Virus record (IMG/VR): IMGVR_UViG_3300023179_000144
Coordinates: 1-52,834 of that record
From: a virus
Lineage: Duplodnaviria; Caudoviricetes
Direction: 5' to 3' (one strand)
DNA length: 52,834 nucleotides
Part shown: in pieces, positions 36,224 to 45,662 of the stretch
Position numbering within the stretch: the first letter of the stretch is position 1
Layout of the letters: each line of letters opens with the position of its first letter
The notes under the pieces: generated by a model
Database searches by the model: none
Seen by the model: only the letters and a program-made list of their open reading frames with translations
What the model was told of the DNA's origin: nothing
Position numbers and translations under genes: made by a program

Positions 36224-38848
36224 ATGTCATTAGATTTTAAAGTATCTAGTATAGTCTCTGAACAGCTCCCTGAGTTTGTTCAGAGTGATTATCCCAATTT
36301 TATTTCTTTCTTAGAAAATTATTATGAATATGTTGAAAAGGTAGGTTTGCCTTCTGAAATTATTCAGAATCTTTCTAAGTATAATGATATTGATCTTACT
36401 CAAGATGCTTGGATAACCTATTTTCTTAAGTATTATGCTGAAGATATACCTAAGAATAAACAGCTTGATAGTAAAATATTAGTTAAGACTCTCACTGAGC
36501 TCTATAATAGAAAAGGATCTGAAAAAGCAGTTAAAATGCTTTTTCGTATTCTATATGGCATTGAATCTGAAGTTCAATATCCATTTGAATACGTCTTAAG
36601 AGCTTCTGGGGGTCAATGGCAATCACCAATATCAATTAAGATTAGAACTGGATTAGGTGACTTTACTAAATTGATAGGTACTACTATTGTTGGTGATATA
36701 TCAGGCGCAACTGGATATGTTGTAGATATTATCAGCTATGTCGCTAACCAAGAATTAATTTATGAATTATTTTTAGATAGAAAATCTGTTACAGGAACTT
36801 TTCAATCATACGAAACAATTACAGGGACATACTCATCATTAAATAGTACTGTCTTAATTGAAAATATTTACTTAGATATTTTTGACCGTGAGCCAACAGA
36901 AGATGAAATTTCACTTGTACTAGAAGATATTAACAACGGTATTTCTATCAATACAATCATTAAAGGATTGTTGAAATCATACGCTGTATTAGCTTTACCT
37001 AATGTTGATTTTATTGATAAGATCTATTATGCAACAACAGGTGCACTTCCAAGCGTAGATACAAGATATTACGAACATACACGCTTATTAAATGGTGTTG
37101 CAAAGACAACTTTAATTGACGATGTGATGGCATCACTAGCTTCAGTAAGATATCTTAAAAATTATAGTGTAGAAAGAAATAGTGTAACTGCAACTGGAAC
37201 TATTATTCCAGTAGTCAGCGAAGTAGTTGTTTATGATGGTGGAAGAAACTTTAGCTTAGGTGATAAAGTAAAAGTTGCAATGAACACAGGCAGAACTGCC
37301 TACGGTGTAGTTGCAGATGTTGATACTAATCCAATTTGGGATTATTCTAATTATGAACTTCTTTCTGAATCAGAATTAGTAATTGTATCTGAGAGTGGAA
37401 ATATCCTTGGTCAAGAGATAGATAAAACTGAAGTTTCTTTGCCAAGTCAAATAGAATTATTACAAGAAGACGGCAATGTGTTATTGCATTCAGGTAACAT
37501 TTCTGTTGTCTTGGAGACATTATTATATACTCCATCAAACTCTATCATTAAGATAGAAATGACTGATTGCGATGTATTTTCTGATTCCTATAATGATCTT
37601 GCTGATTTTGAAATCTTATTAGAAAATAAAACAAAACTTTTAAATGAAGATATATCTACAGCAAATACTTCTATTATCCTAGAAACACCTTTTGCAGATT
37701 ATGTAAGAGATTTTGAGTTTTTATCAGAAAGTGGAAGCGATATTATCAAAGTTGAAGATGGATATTCCTCGATTATCCAGGAAAGAGCTCATTATGCTGT
37801 AATATCGTTTGTTAATAAAGATGGCCAAGCAACAAACGGAATAAGGTCTAATGTTGATTATATTTCTGGTCCTGTTTGTAGATATCATGGTGATTGGAAA
37901 AACTTCCAATCAAGAATTAGCTTAGATAATGTAGGTGCAGTGACTCCTGGTCGCTATGATATTGGCGTTGATTCTTCTATTAGAAGAAGGTTTATCGAAA
38001 GAGTATTTTATTACTCAATGAACCGCGCACCAACAGTATTAGAGTATAGAGATTATGAAGCAAAGATTATAAATGGTGTATCGTTGGCTGATATTATTGC
38101 TGAAATAACAACTTTACTTGAAGCTACTGATACTGGTAAACCATTAAATTCTAATTCTCAGTTTATTACTGGTCTTTATAGAATTTGCTTAGATAGAGAA
38201 CCAGAGGCTGGAGGATTAGTATATTGGTCTAAGTTATTAGTCGGCACGAATATTGAAAACTTTATTAATAACACTTACCTTATTATGTTTGGTAGAGTGC
38301 CTGAATCTTTAGAATTGAAGCTTTGGGTAAATTATATTGAAGGAAATAAGTTTGCCAATAAATTAGATACTATGAAGAATTTTATTAGAAATATTGCAGA
38401 TAACGATGAAGCTTCTAATTATCTAAAAGACTTTAATAACTTCTTAAATAGCCTATACAGAAGCACTTTAAATAGAAATCCATCTGAAGTAGAGAGATCA
38501 AGAGACTTTAATTTTATTCAAAAAGGAAATAATAGATCATACATTATTAACTTAGTTGTAGATAGTCTTGAGTGCTCAACATTCTTTTCAGGTAACTATA
38601 TTAATAGAATTCCAAGAAACCTTATTGCAAAATCTATAGCGGAATCAAGAGAGGCTCAAGGTTATCTTGCTCAATTCTTGGCTGCAGATGTTCAATCAAA
38701 AGATCCAATTTATTATTCACCATTCTCTTATACAATTTTATCTGAACAGCCTAAGATAAAATGGGAAAAGACTGTTAGAGATCTTGTGCATCCAGCTGGT
38801 TTGCAATCATTTGGTCGTGTTAAAGTGTTTATAAGGAATTCTGTGTAA
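36224..38848 (+). CDS. 7: Baseplate wedge initiator gp7-like with inserted DUF4214-like repeats
   Basis: QLPEFVQSDYPNF, YNRKGSEKAVKMLFRILYG, C-terminal YYSPFSY...LVHPAG...FG; lies between 6 and 8. Confidence 0.8.
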   Translation: MSLDFKVSSIVSEQLPEFVQSDYPNFISFLENYYEYVEKVGLPSEIIQNLSKYNDIDLTQDAWITYFLKYYAEDIPKNKQLDSKILVKTLTELYNRKGSEKAVKMLFRILYGIESEVQYPFEYVLRASGGQWQSPISIKIRTGLGDFTKLIGTTIVGDISGATGYVVDIISYVANQELIYELFLDRKSVTGTFQSYETITGTYSSLNSTVLIENIYLDIFDREPTEDEISLVLEDINNGISINTIIKGLLKSYAVLALPNVDFIDKIYYATTGALPSVDTRYYEHTRLLNGVAKTTLIDDVMASLASVRYLKNYSVERNSVTATGTIIPVVSEVVVYDGGRNFSLGDKVKVAMNTGRTAYGVVADVDTNPIWDYSNYELLSESELVIVSESGNILGQEIDKTEVSLPSQIELLQEDGNVLLHSGNISVVLETLLYTPSNSIIKIEMTDCDVFSDSYNDLADFEILLENKTKLLNEDISTANTSIILETPFADYVRDFEFLSESGSDIIKVEDGYSSIIQERAHYAVISFVNKDGQATNGIRSNVDYISGPVCRYHGDWKNFQSRISLDNVGAVTPGRYDIGVDSSIRRRFIERVFYYSMNRAPTVLEYRDYEAKIINGVSLADIIAEITTLLEATDTGKPLNSNSQFITGLYRICLDREPEAGGLVYWSKLLVGTNIENFINNTYLIMFGRVPESLELKLWVNYIEGNKFANKLDTMKNFIRNIADNDEASNYLKDFNNFLNSLYRSTLNRNPSEVERSRDFNFIQKGNNRSYIINLVVDSLECSTFFSGNYINRIPRNLIAKSIAESREAQGYLAQFLAADVQSKDPIYYSPFSYTILSEQPKIKWEKTVRDLVHPAGLQSFGRVKVFIRNSV

Positions 38849-39114
38849 TGAGACGTAATGTTTTTATCTATATTAATGTAAATGATCTTGATCCAAGAGG
38901 ACCAAGTGTTTACTCTAAAGCTCCACCTCTTGGTGCAAGGATAGGAACTACTGAGAGATTTTGGTATTCACCAAGCTGGATTCCAAATACAGATGATTTT
39001 TCTGCAGACCCATTGCAAATTAAAGACATTCAAGATATTACGATTGCTCAGTATATTTTCGAGCCCGCCACAAAATATAACATAGCACCACCGAGTTATA
39101 TAAAAGTCGTTTAA
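38848..39114 (+). CDS. Small structural protein, possibly a detached gp7 C-terminal segment
   Basis: TAATG-coupled 88-aa ORF. Confidence 0.6.
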   Translation: MRRNVFIYINVNDLDPRGPSVYSKAPPLGARIGTTERFWYSPSWIPNTDDFSADPLQIKDIQDITIAQYIFEPATKYNIAPPSYIKVV

Positions 39115-39154
39115 GACTAATCGAATAAATAATATATTATCTAAGAGGATTTAA

Positions 39155-40477
39155 ATGGCCGCGATTGTAACAAACGAGTTCAGAATATTAAATGCCAGAC
39201 AACTGGTAGAGAGTGTGTCTGAAACCGCCCCCTCCAATGTATATTTGTTCATTGGTCGTCCTCAGGCGTGGACTGATGATCAAGATCCACCTACTCCTCT
39301 TGATACTGTGCAAGCACAATATGAATGGAATAATGAGATGATTGCTCTAAAAAGAGTAACATCTGATAATGTTTCATTTGTTATTCCAAGAAGAGATTGG
39401 GCATCGGGAACAGTCTATGATGAGTATAGCCACGATATTAGTAGTTTAAATCCTACTTATAGTGGTGCTTCTGATAAAGCTGATGCAACCTATATTGTGA
39501 TGACTGAAGAATATCGTGTTTATAAATGTTTATTTAATAACGGTAATACAGCATCAACTGTTAAACCAATATCAACAAGTGGTTCACCATTCTTTACATT
39601 AGATGGATATTGTTGGCTCTATCTCTATACGATTGATGTAACTTCAAGAACCAAATTCTTAACACCAGACTTCATGCCTGTGTTATCCTCATTTGTATCT
39701 AATGTGGATGGTTCAGTAAATTATATAAAGATTATTTCTGGTGGATCTGGATATAGCTTTGCTCCAACGGTTGCGCTTGATGGTGATGGTGCTGGGTTCG
39801 AGGGCACAGTATATCTTAGTGATGATGAAGTAGCAAATGTTACTATTACTAATCCAGGATATGGATATAGATTTGCTAATGTAACATTTTCTGGTGGTGG
39901 TGCAACAACTGCAGCCACCGGTAAAGCAATTATTTCACCATATGGTGGCCATGGCACTGATACAGTTAGTGAACTTGATGCATTTTATGTCATGTTGTAT
40001 ACACAACTTGCATATGACGAAGGAAGTGGTGATTTTCCGCCTTCAAACCAATTTAGAACAGTTGGATTATTAGTTGATCCAAAAGATCAAGGAACTAACA
40101 CAATATCATATGCAACAACTCTCAATGCTACTTATTCTGTAAGTTGCACAAGTGCAAGTGGGCCATTTACTGAAGATGAAATTATTTTAGGTGGTACATC
40201 TGGTGCTAAGGCAATGTTGCTAACTGCACCTACGCCATCAGTTGGTGCTGTAACGATGAGATACATACAGCCAGCTAATCAGGGTGCAAACTTTAGATCA
40301 TTTACAGTTGGTGAAACTATTACTGGTCAAACATCTGGAAGAACTGCAACTGTCGCTTCAATAGTTGCTCCAGAGTATAAAACTGATTCAGGTAAAGTGA
40401 TTTACGTAGAAAATAGATCACCAATCACAAGATCCCTTTCAAACGTAGAGTCAATTCATATTGTCGTTGAATTCTAA
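39155..40477 (+). CDS. 8: Baseplate wedge gp8
   Basis: MAAIVTNEFRILNA, YLFIGRPQAW, RVYKCLFNN, SPYGGHG, YVENRSPITR...IVVEF; aATAAATA upstream. Confidence 0.92.
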   Translation: MAAIVTNEFRILNARQLVESVSETAPSNVYLFIGRPQAWTDDQDPPTPLDTVQAQYEWNNEMIALKRVTSDNVSFVIPRRDWASGTVYDEYSHDISSLNPTYSGASDKADATYIVMTEEYRVYKCLFNNGNTASTVKPISTSGSPFFTLDGYCWLYLYTIDVTSRTKFLTPDFMPVLSSFVSNVDGSVNYIKIISGGSGYSFAPTVALDGDGAGFEGTVYLSDDEVANVTITNPGYGYRFANVTFSGGGATTAATGKAIISPYGGHGTDTVSELDAFYVMLYTQLAYDEGSGDFPPSNQFRTVGLLVDPKDQGTNTISYATTLNATYSVSCTSASGPFTEDEIILGGTSGAKAMLLTAPTPSVGAVTMRYIQPANQGANFRSFTVGETITGQTSGRTATVASIVAPEYKTDSGKVIYVENRSPITRSLSNVESIHIVVEF

Positions 40478-40485
40478 GGTAACAA

Positions 40486-43400
40486 ATGATCAAGACTTAT
40501 AATCAATTCCCGTATTACGACGATTTCCAAGAAAATAAGAATTTTTATAGAATTCTATTTAGACCTGGTCGTGCTGTGCAAGCAAGAGAGCTTACACAGA
40601 TGCAGTCTATTCTTCACAACCAGATTTCTAAGATCGGTGATCATTTGTTTAAAGAAGGTGCGTTGATTGATTCAACAGCAACTCCTACTTATGATAATAA
40701 ATTAGAATATGTTAAACTATATGCCACTCATCCAACATTAGGTACAATTGCTGATAATGTTATTGCGGGATTAATTGGTAAAAAAGTATTAGGATCAGTT
40801 ACAGGAATTAGAGCAGTTGTTAGAGCAATTACTAAGGGTGAAACAGTAGATGGAATCTATGAGCCACCTACAATCTATGTTGCATATGAAAATAAAGCGT
40901 CTGATGGTATTGTAAGTACATTTGTTGCTAATGAAGATTTAGTTGAAATCACTACAAGTAATCCTGTAACACTTAGAGCAGAAAAAACTAACCCAACAGG
41001 AAGAGGTGTTGGTCTCGGTTTAAATGCCAATTATGTTTATGTAAAAGGAACATTTGTTTATATCAATAGTGAATTGAAGATTGTAAGCAAATATTCTAAT
41101 CTTGCTTCTAAAAGTATTGGTTTTCAGATCAATGAAAGAATCATTTCATACGGAAGAGATACATCTTTATTAGATCCAGCTGTAGTATCAGAGGGTAGTG
41201 CTGAAAGTAATTATTATGCAACAGGCGCAGATCGTTATCAAATTACAGTAGACATCAAAGCTATTGATTTATTAGAAGATTTGCAAAATGCACCTGAAAA
41301 TTTTGTTGAATTAATTAGAGTAGATGCAGATGGCAATCCATCTATATCTCAAGCCCAAAATGTTTATAATAAGATTGGTGATGAATTAGCAAAAAGAACG
41401 TTTGAAGAATCTGGTAATTATGTTGTCAATGATTTCAAAGTTCAATTAAGAGAGCATAAAAGAAATAGTACTGTAAACTTAACTACTGGTGTAGTTAATA
41501 TAGCTGGTGGTGAGTATATACAAGGCAATGCAGATAAGATTTCTGCAGTAGTTACACCTGGTTTAGCTTATGTAAAAGGGTATAGAACTGAATTGCCATT
41601 TCCATCTTATTTGGAAATCAATAAGGCAAGAGAATTTACTACTAAGCCATATGAAAATACACCAATTGCAACTGGCCATTATATAAAGATTACAAATGTA
41701 TACAGTTTACCAAATTTAGCATCTGATATTCCTCTTGTTAATCTTTATAATACATTAAATTCTACTCAAGGCACAGCCCCAGCTTCTACTGCTTTAGTTG
41801 GAACTGCAAGAGTAAGAGCAATTGAGTATGCAGGTGGCTTCATTGGCACAAGATCAGCTATCTATCATCTTTGGTTGTTTGATATTAAGATGAATCCAGG
41901 TGAGACATTTGCAAGATCAGTAAAATCTATTTACAGTGATAATGATGGCTTTCCAGATTTTACATGTGACATCTATCCAGACTTATTAAAATTATCTGGC
42001 GAAGTATCTACGACCAATGGAAGTAATATTCTTATTGGCGATCGCTCATTATTTGGTATGGAATTGGCTGTACTTGGCAAGAGCAAAGATTTTGTATTCG
42101 TTGATGACAAATATACTGCTCAGGTCTATCAAGTTGCCAATGTTATTAATGATACAAAAGCATTCTTATCGACAACAGCAACATCTACATTAAACAGAGT
42201 AGAGGCATATGCTGCAGTTGCTGACCTAGAAGAAAAACATAATTATAATTACTTTCAACCATTGAAGTATCGTGATGTAAAAACTATTTCACCATCAAAA
42301 TACATCATAAAAAGAGCATTTCATAGTACATTAGACTCTTCCTCTAGAGCGACTATTTCTCTTTCATCAAATACTGATGAATATTTTGAAGGCGCATCAC
42401 TTAAAAATAGTATATTGACTATTGGAACAGGTAGTGATATTGGTAAATTCATTTCACCAAAGAATGTAAGATTAATTGATAATAAAACATTAGAGATTGA
42501 TCTTTATAAAGCAAATCTTGTTTCTAGCCCAACATCAACTTATTCTGGAAATGAATCCTTTAGACTAATTGTACCTATTAGAAAAGTTGCGTCTAAAGCA
42601 ACTCCTACTGTTAAACAATTGGTCAGAAGTCATTATGAAGATTATATATATGAAGCTAACGTTAATCAATCAACCATTATTTTAAATAAGGCTGATGGAT
42701 ATAAGTTAGAAGGTGTTTATATGTCTAATAACACCGTGAATTTTGGCAATTCATGGAGCGAATATAATAAAATAGATATTACTGATAGATATGTTTTTGA
42801 TAATGGTCAGAGGGACACCTATTATGACCTAGCTAGAATTTCAAGATCTGCAATGGCTCTAAAGCCAACTGCACCTATTCGTGTAGTTTATTCTTATTTT
42901 ACAAATAGTGGATCTGGTGATTATTTTAGTGTAGATTCTTATACAAATATTGATTATAGTGAAATTCCAACCTATACGTTTAATGGCACTCAATATAATC
43001 TTTCTGATGTTATTGATTATAGACCAATTAAAGCAAGTGATAGCACATTTACTGGCACAGGTGCGTGGCTTCCAGAATTCCTAACAAATATTAATAAAGA
43101 TTTCACATTTACAAGTAACATTAGCTATTATTTGCCTAAGAATTCTATTGTTACATTAAGTGAAACAGGAAGATTTAAAGTAGTTGAAGGTAGTTCTAAA
43201 CTTTCACCAACTGATCCATCAATTCCAGATGATTCTATGCCTTTGTTTAGAATAAAACAAAAAGCGTATGTAAGGGATATTAATAAAGATGTTTTAATAG
43301 AGGATCTTGGTATTAAAAGATATACTATGAAAGACATTCGTAGTCTTGAAAATAGAATTAAAAATGTTGAATATTATACATCTCTTAATTTGTTAGAAAA

Positions 43401-44151
43401 AGCAACAGAAAATATTAAGATCAAAGATACGATGGGTATCGATAGATTCAAGAATGGTTTTGTTGTTGATAATTTTTCTGGGTTCAGTATTGCTGATCTA
43501 AATAACTCCGACTACAATGCTGCAATTGATGCTAAGAAAAACGAATTAAGACCTAATTATTTTCAGACCCCTTTAGGGTTGCAAGAATACATTGAAAATG
43601 ATGATCCCAAGACTGCTATTGGCCAAAAGATTAGAGAAGCATATAATGTAATACTTGGCAGGGAGCCAGAGGCTGCTGGATATGATTATTGGAGTACTGC
43701 TGTGACTTCAGCAACAGAACTTACTACCATGTTCAATGCGTTCCTAGCCTCAGAAGAAAGAAGTAATTATGTAGCACAAGGCAACGGTATGCCTATCGGA
43801 CAAATTACTGAGAACAATGCTGCTTTCATGACACCATTTAACCGTAAGAATAAAAATTATCAGCTTACAGGTGATCTTGTTTCATTACCTTATAGACACG
43901 TGCCATATGTAAGAAATGCATTTGCGTCTTATGGCGTATCTGTTAATCCATTTGGAATTCCAACTTTTATGGGAATGATGAGTTTATCTCCAGAAGATAT
44001 ATTAGTTACGAATGATCAACAAATTGCTGCTGTTTATAATGATATTAACAATGATATTATTCCATTAATAGATAAAACATCATCTACTGCAATACTATGG
44101 GATTCAGAAACCGATTCGTTATATCAAAATCAAAGTACTGATGGATATTAA
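40486..44151 (+). CDS. Large virion structural protein (DUF4815/VrlC-like), part 1
   Basis: PYYDDF...YRILFRPGRAVQARELTQMQ, RTFEESGNY, RYTMKDI...RIKNVEYYTSL, DRFKNGFVVDNF. Confidence 0.85.
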   Translation: MIKTYNQFPYYDDFQENKNFYRILFRPGRAVQARELTQMQSILHNQISKIGDHLFKEGALIDSTATPTYDNKLEYVKLYATHPTLGTIADNVIAGLIGKKVLGSVTGIRAVVRAITKGETVDGIYEPPTIYVAYENKASDGIVSTFVANEDLVEITTSNPVTLRAEKTNPTGRGVGLGLNANYVYVKGTFVYINSELKIVSKYSNLASKSIGFQINERIISYGRDTSLLDPAVVSEGSAESNYYATGADRYQITVDIKAIDLLEDLQNAPENFVELIRVDADGNPSISQAQNVYNKIGDELAKRTFEESGNYVVNDFKVQLREHKRNSTVNLTTGVVNIAGGEYIQGNADKISAVVTPGLAYVKGYRTELPFPSYLEINKAREFTTKPYENTPIATGHYIKITNVYSLPNLASDIPLVNLYNTLNSTQGTAPASTALVGTARVRAIEYAGGFIGTRSAIYHLWLFDIKMNPGETFARSVKSIYSDNDGFPDFTCDIYPDLLKLSGEVSTTNGSNILIGDRSLFGMELAVLGKSKDFVFVDDKYTAQVYQVANVINDTKAFLSTTATSTLNRVEAYAAVADLEEKHNYNYFQPLKYRDVKTISPSKYIIKRAFHSTLDSSSRATISLSSNTDEYFEGASLKNSILTIGTGSDIGKFISPKNVRLIDNKTLEIDLYKANLVSSPTSTYSGNESFRLIVPIRKVASKATPTVKQLVRSHYEDYIYEANVNQSTIILNKADGYKLEGVYMSNNTVNFGNSWSEYNKIDITDRYVFDNGQRDTYYDLARISRSAMALKPTAPIRVVYSYFTNSGSGDYFSVDSYTNIDYSEIPTYTFNGTQYNLSDVIDYRPIKASDSTFTGTGAWLPEFLTNINKDFTFTSNISYYLPKNSIVTLSETGRFKVVEGSSKLSPTDPSIPDDSMPLFRIKQKAYVRDINKDVLIEDLGIKRYTMKDIRSLENRIKNVEYYTSLNLLEKATENIKIKDTMGIDRFKNGFVVDNFSGFSIADLNNSDYNAAIDAKKNELRPNYFQTPLGLQEYIENDDPKTAIGQKIREAYNVILGREPEAAGYDYWSTAVTSATELTTMFNAFLASEERSNYVAQGNGMPIGQITENNAAFMTPFNRKNKNYQLTGDLVSLPYRHVPYVRNAFASYGVSVNPFGIPTFMGMMSLSPEDILVTNDQQIAAVYNDINNDIIPLIDKTSSTAILWDSETDSLYQNQSTDGY

Positions 44152-44181
44152 AAAAATATGATATCCTTTTAGGAGATACTA

Positions 44182-45648
44182 GTGTCATTAATTAGTTCAA
44201 CAAAAAATTCATTTGGTTCATCTGCGTTAAATGTGGAGACTCAACCCCCCACTATTGCAAGATACATGCCAGATGTCAGTATTAAGTTTAATGTCAAAGG
44301 AATGAAACCTTTCACTAAACTATATGCTTTCTTCGGTAATCGTGATGTTACAAATAAAATAGTAGTTAATTCTCCATCAAATAATAATCAGTTTATTACT
44401 ACTGATTTAATTACTGATGTAGATGGTAATGTATCTGGTACATTCTCATACAAAGAAGCTGAGTTAAAGTTTATTGCTGGTGTTTATGATTTTATCTTAA
44501 CAGATAGTCCAGATAATTCATCAACAAATAGAACTACATTTGCTATGGCTAAGTTTAGTTCTGCTGGCAAGGTTCTTTATGATACTGATGGTACCATTAG
44601 AACAAGGCAGCCACTATCTGGTTTAAATCTTTCCACATCAGATACTACCTATGTTAATCAACCTGTTTATGTTGAATCAAGCGATGGAACAGGAACATCT
44701 GTTGTAAGTAACATTGATGTTATAGACTTTATGTTCATGTATGCATTTGGTCAAAAACCATCTGCAGAAGATAAATTAGCAGCTTATAATATGTTTACTA
44801 CCGATGGTGTGAATTGGGATAATTTCCTAGCTGCAAAATCATTAAATGTAGAAACCGGTGCCGAAACAACTGGTGTAGAAATGTGGAATAGTGATGGTAC
44901 ACCAAGAATTCACCCGATATTAACTTATGTTGATAGATCTACCGTACCTTTGGTTGTAGGTGATGGTGAGACGCCAGGTGATCTTGGAACAAAATTTATA
45001 CAAAATGCTACTTACAATTATGGAAAATGGGATTGGTTTTGGTTAAACAAAACTCAAGGTTCAACAAATGATCACAAATGGCTGTTTTGGCCAGCTACCA
45101 TGTATCAGGCCTACTTCCATCCATCTAGGCCAGGTTGGTCTACCCAATATGTTCCATATTATAATTCTGTAGCCTACTCAAGTATTAATACAGATGGTAG
45201 AAAAGTATTTGATAGAATGTTAAGATTTATCAATACATATATTACAAGAGAAATTAATGATAAAAACGGTATTGATGGTTATCTTGGTTATCTAGCAAGA
45301 GAATATAACTATACAGCTGTAAATACTAATAATACAAATGTTCCTATTGGCAATCCAAAACTACCTGATACAATTAGTGTTAAGGATCCTGATACTGGAT
45401 CTTATGTAAATATTTCAACAGTATATAAAAATTCATATAAAGACTTATTTACATATGAAGGTGTTGTTTATATGAATGGTGACAGCTGCCTACAGCACGG
45501 AGAATGGGATCTACTTACAGTACCATTAAATAAACAAGGTGAGGATGCATATAATCCAAGTTTTGATTCTTCTAACCCACCAACAATTGAAGCAGATAAT
45601 AGAGTGGTTGGTGTGGAAAAAGAAAAGATATTCTACGATGAAAGATAA
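44182..45648 (+). CDS. DUF4815/VrlC-like protein, part 2
   Basis: AGGAG RBS and GTG start; YM...FNVKGMKPFTKLYAFF...LITD...F.LTD segment that is normally internal to this family. Confidence 0.7.
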   Translation: MSLISSTKNSFGSSALNVETQPPTIARYMPDVSIKFNVKGMKPFTKLYAFFGNRDVTNKIVVNSPSNNNQFITTDLITDVDGNVSGTFSYKEAELKFIAGVYDFILTDSPDNSSTNRTTFAMAKFSSAGKVLYDTDGTIRTRQPLSGLNLSTSDTTYVNQPVYVESSDGTGTSVVSNIDVIDFMFMYAFGQKPSAEDKLAAYNMFTTDGVNWDNFLAAKSLNVETGAETTGVEMWNSDGTPRIHPILTYVDRSTVPLVVGDGETPGDLGTKFIQNATYNYGKWDWFWLNKTQGSTNDHKWLFWPATMYQAYFHPSRPGWSTQYVPYYNSVAYSSINTDGRKVFDRMLRFINTYITREINDKNGIDGYLGYLAREYNYTAVNTNNTNVPIGNPKLPDTISVKDPDTGSYVNISTVYKNSYKDLFTYEGVVYMNGDSCLQHGEWDLLTVPLNKQGEDAYNPSFDSSNPPTIEADNRVVGVEKEKIFYDER

Positions 45649-45662
45649 CCTAAAGTAAAGAT

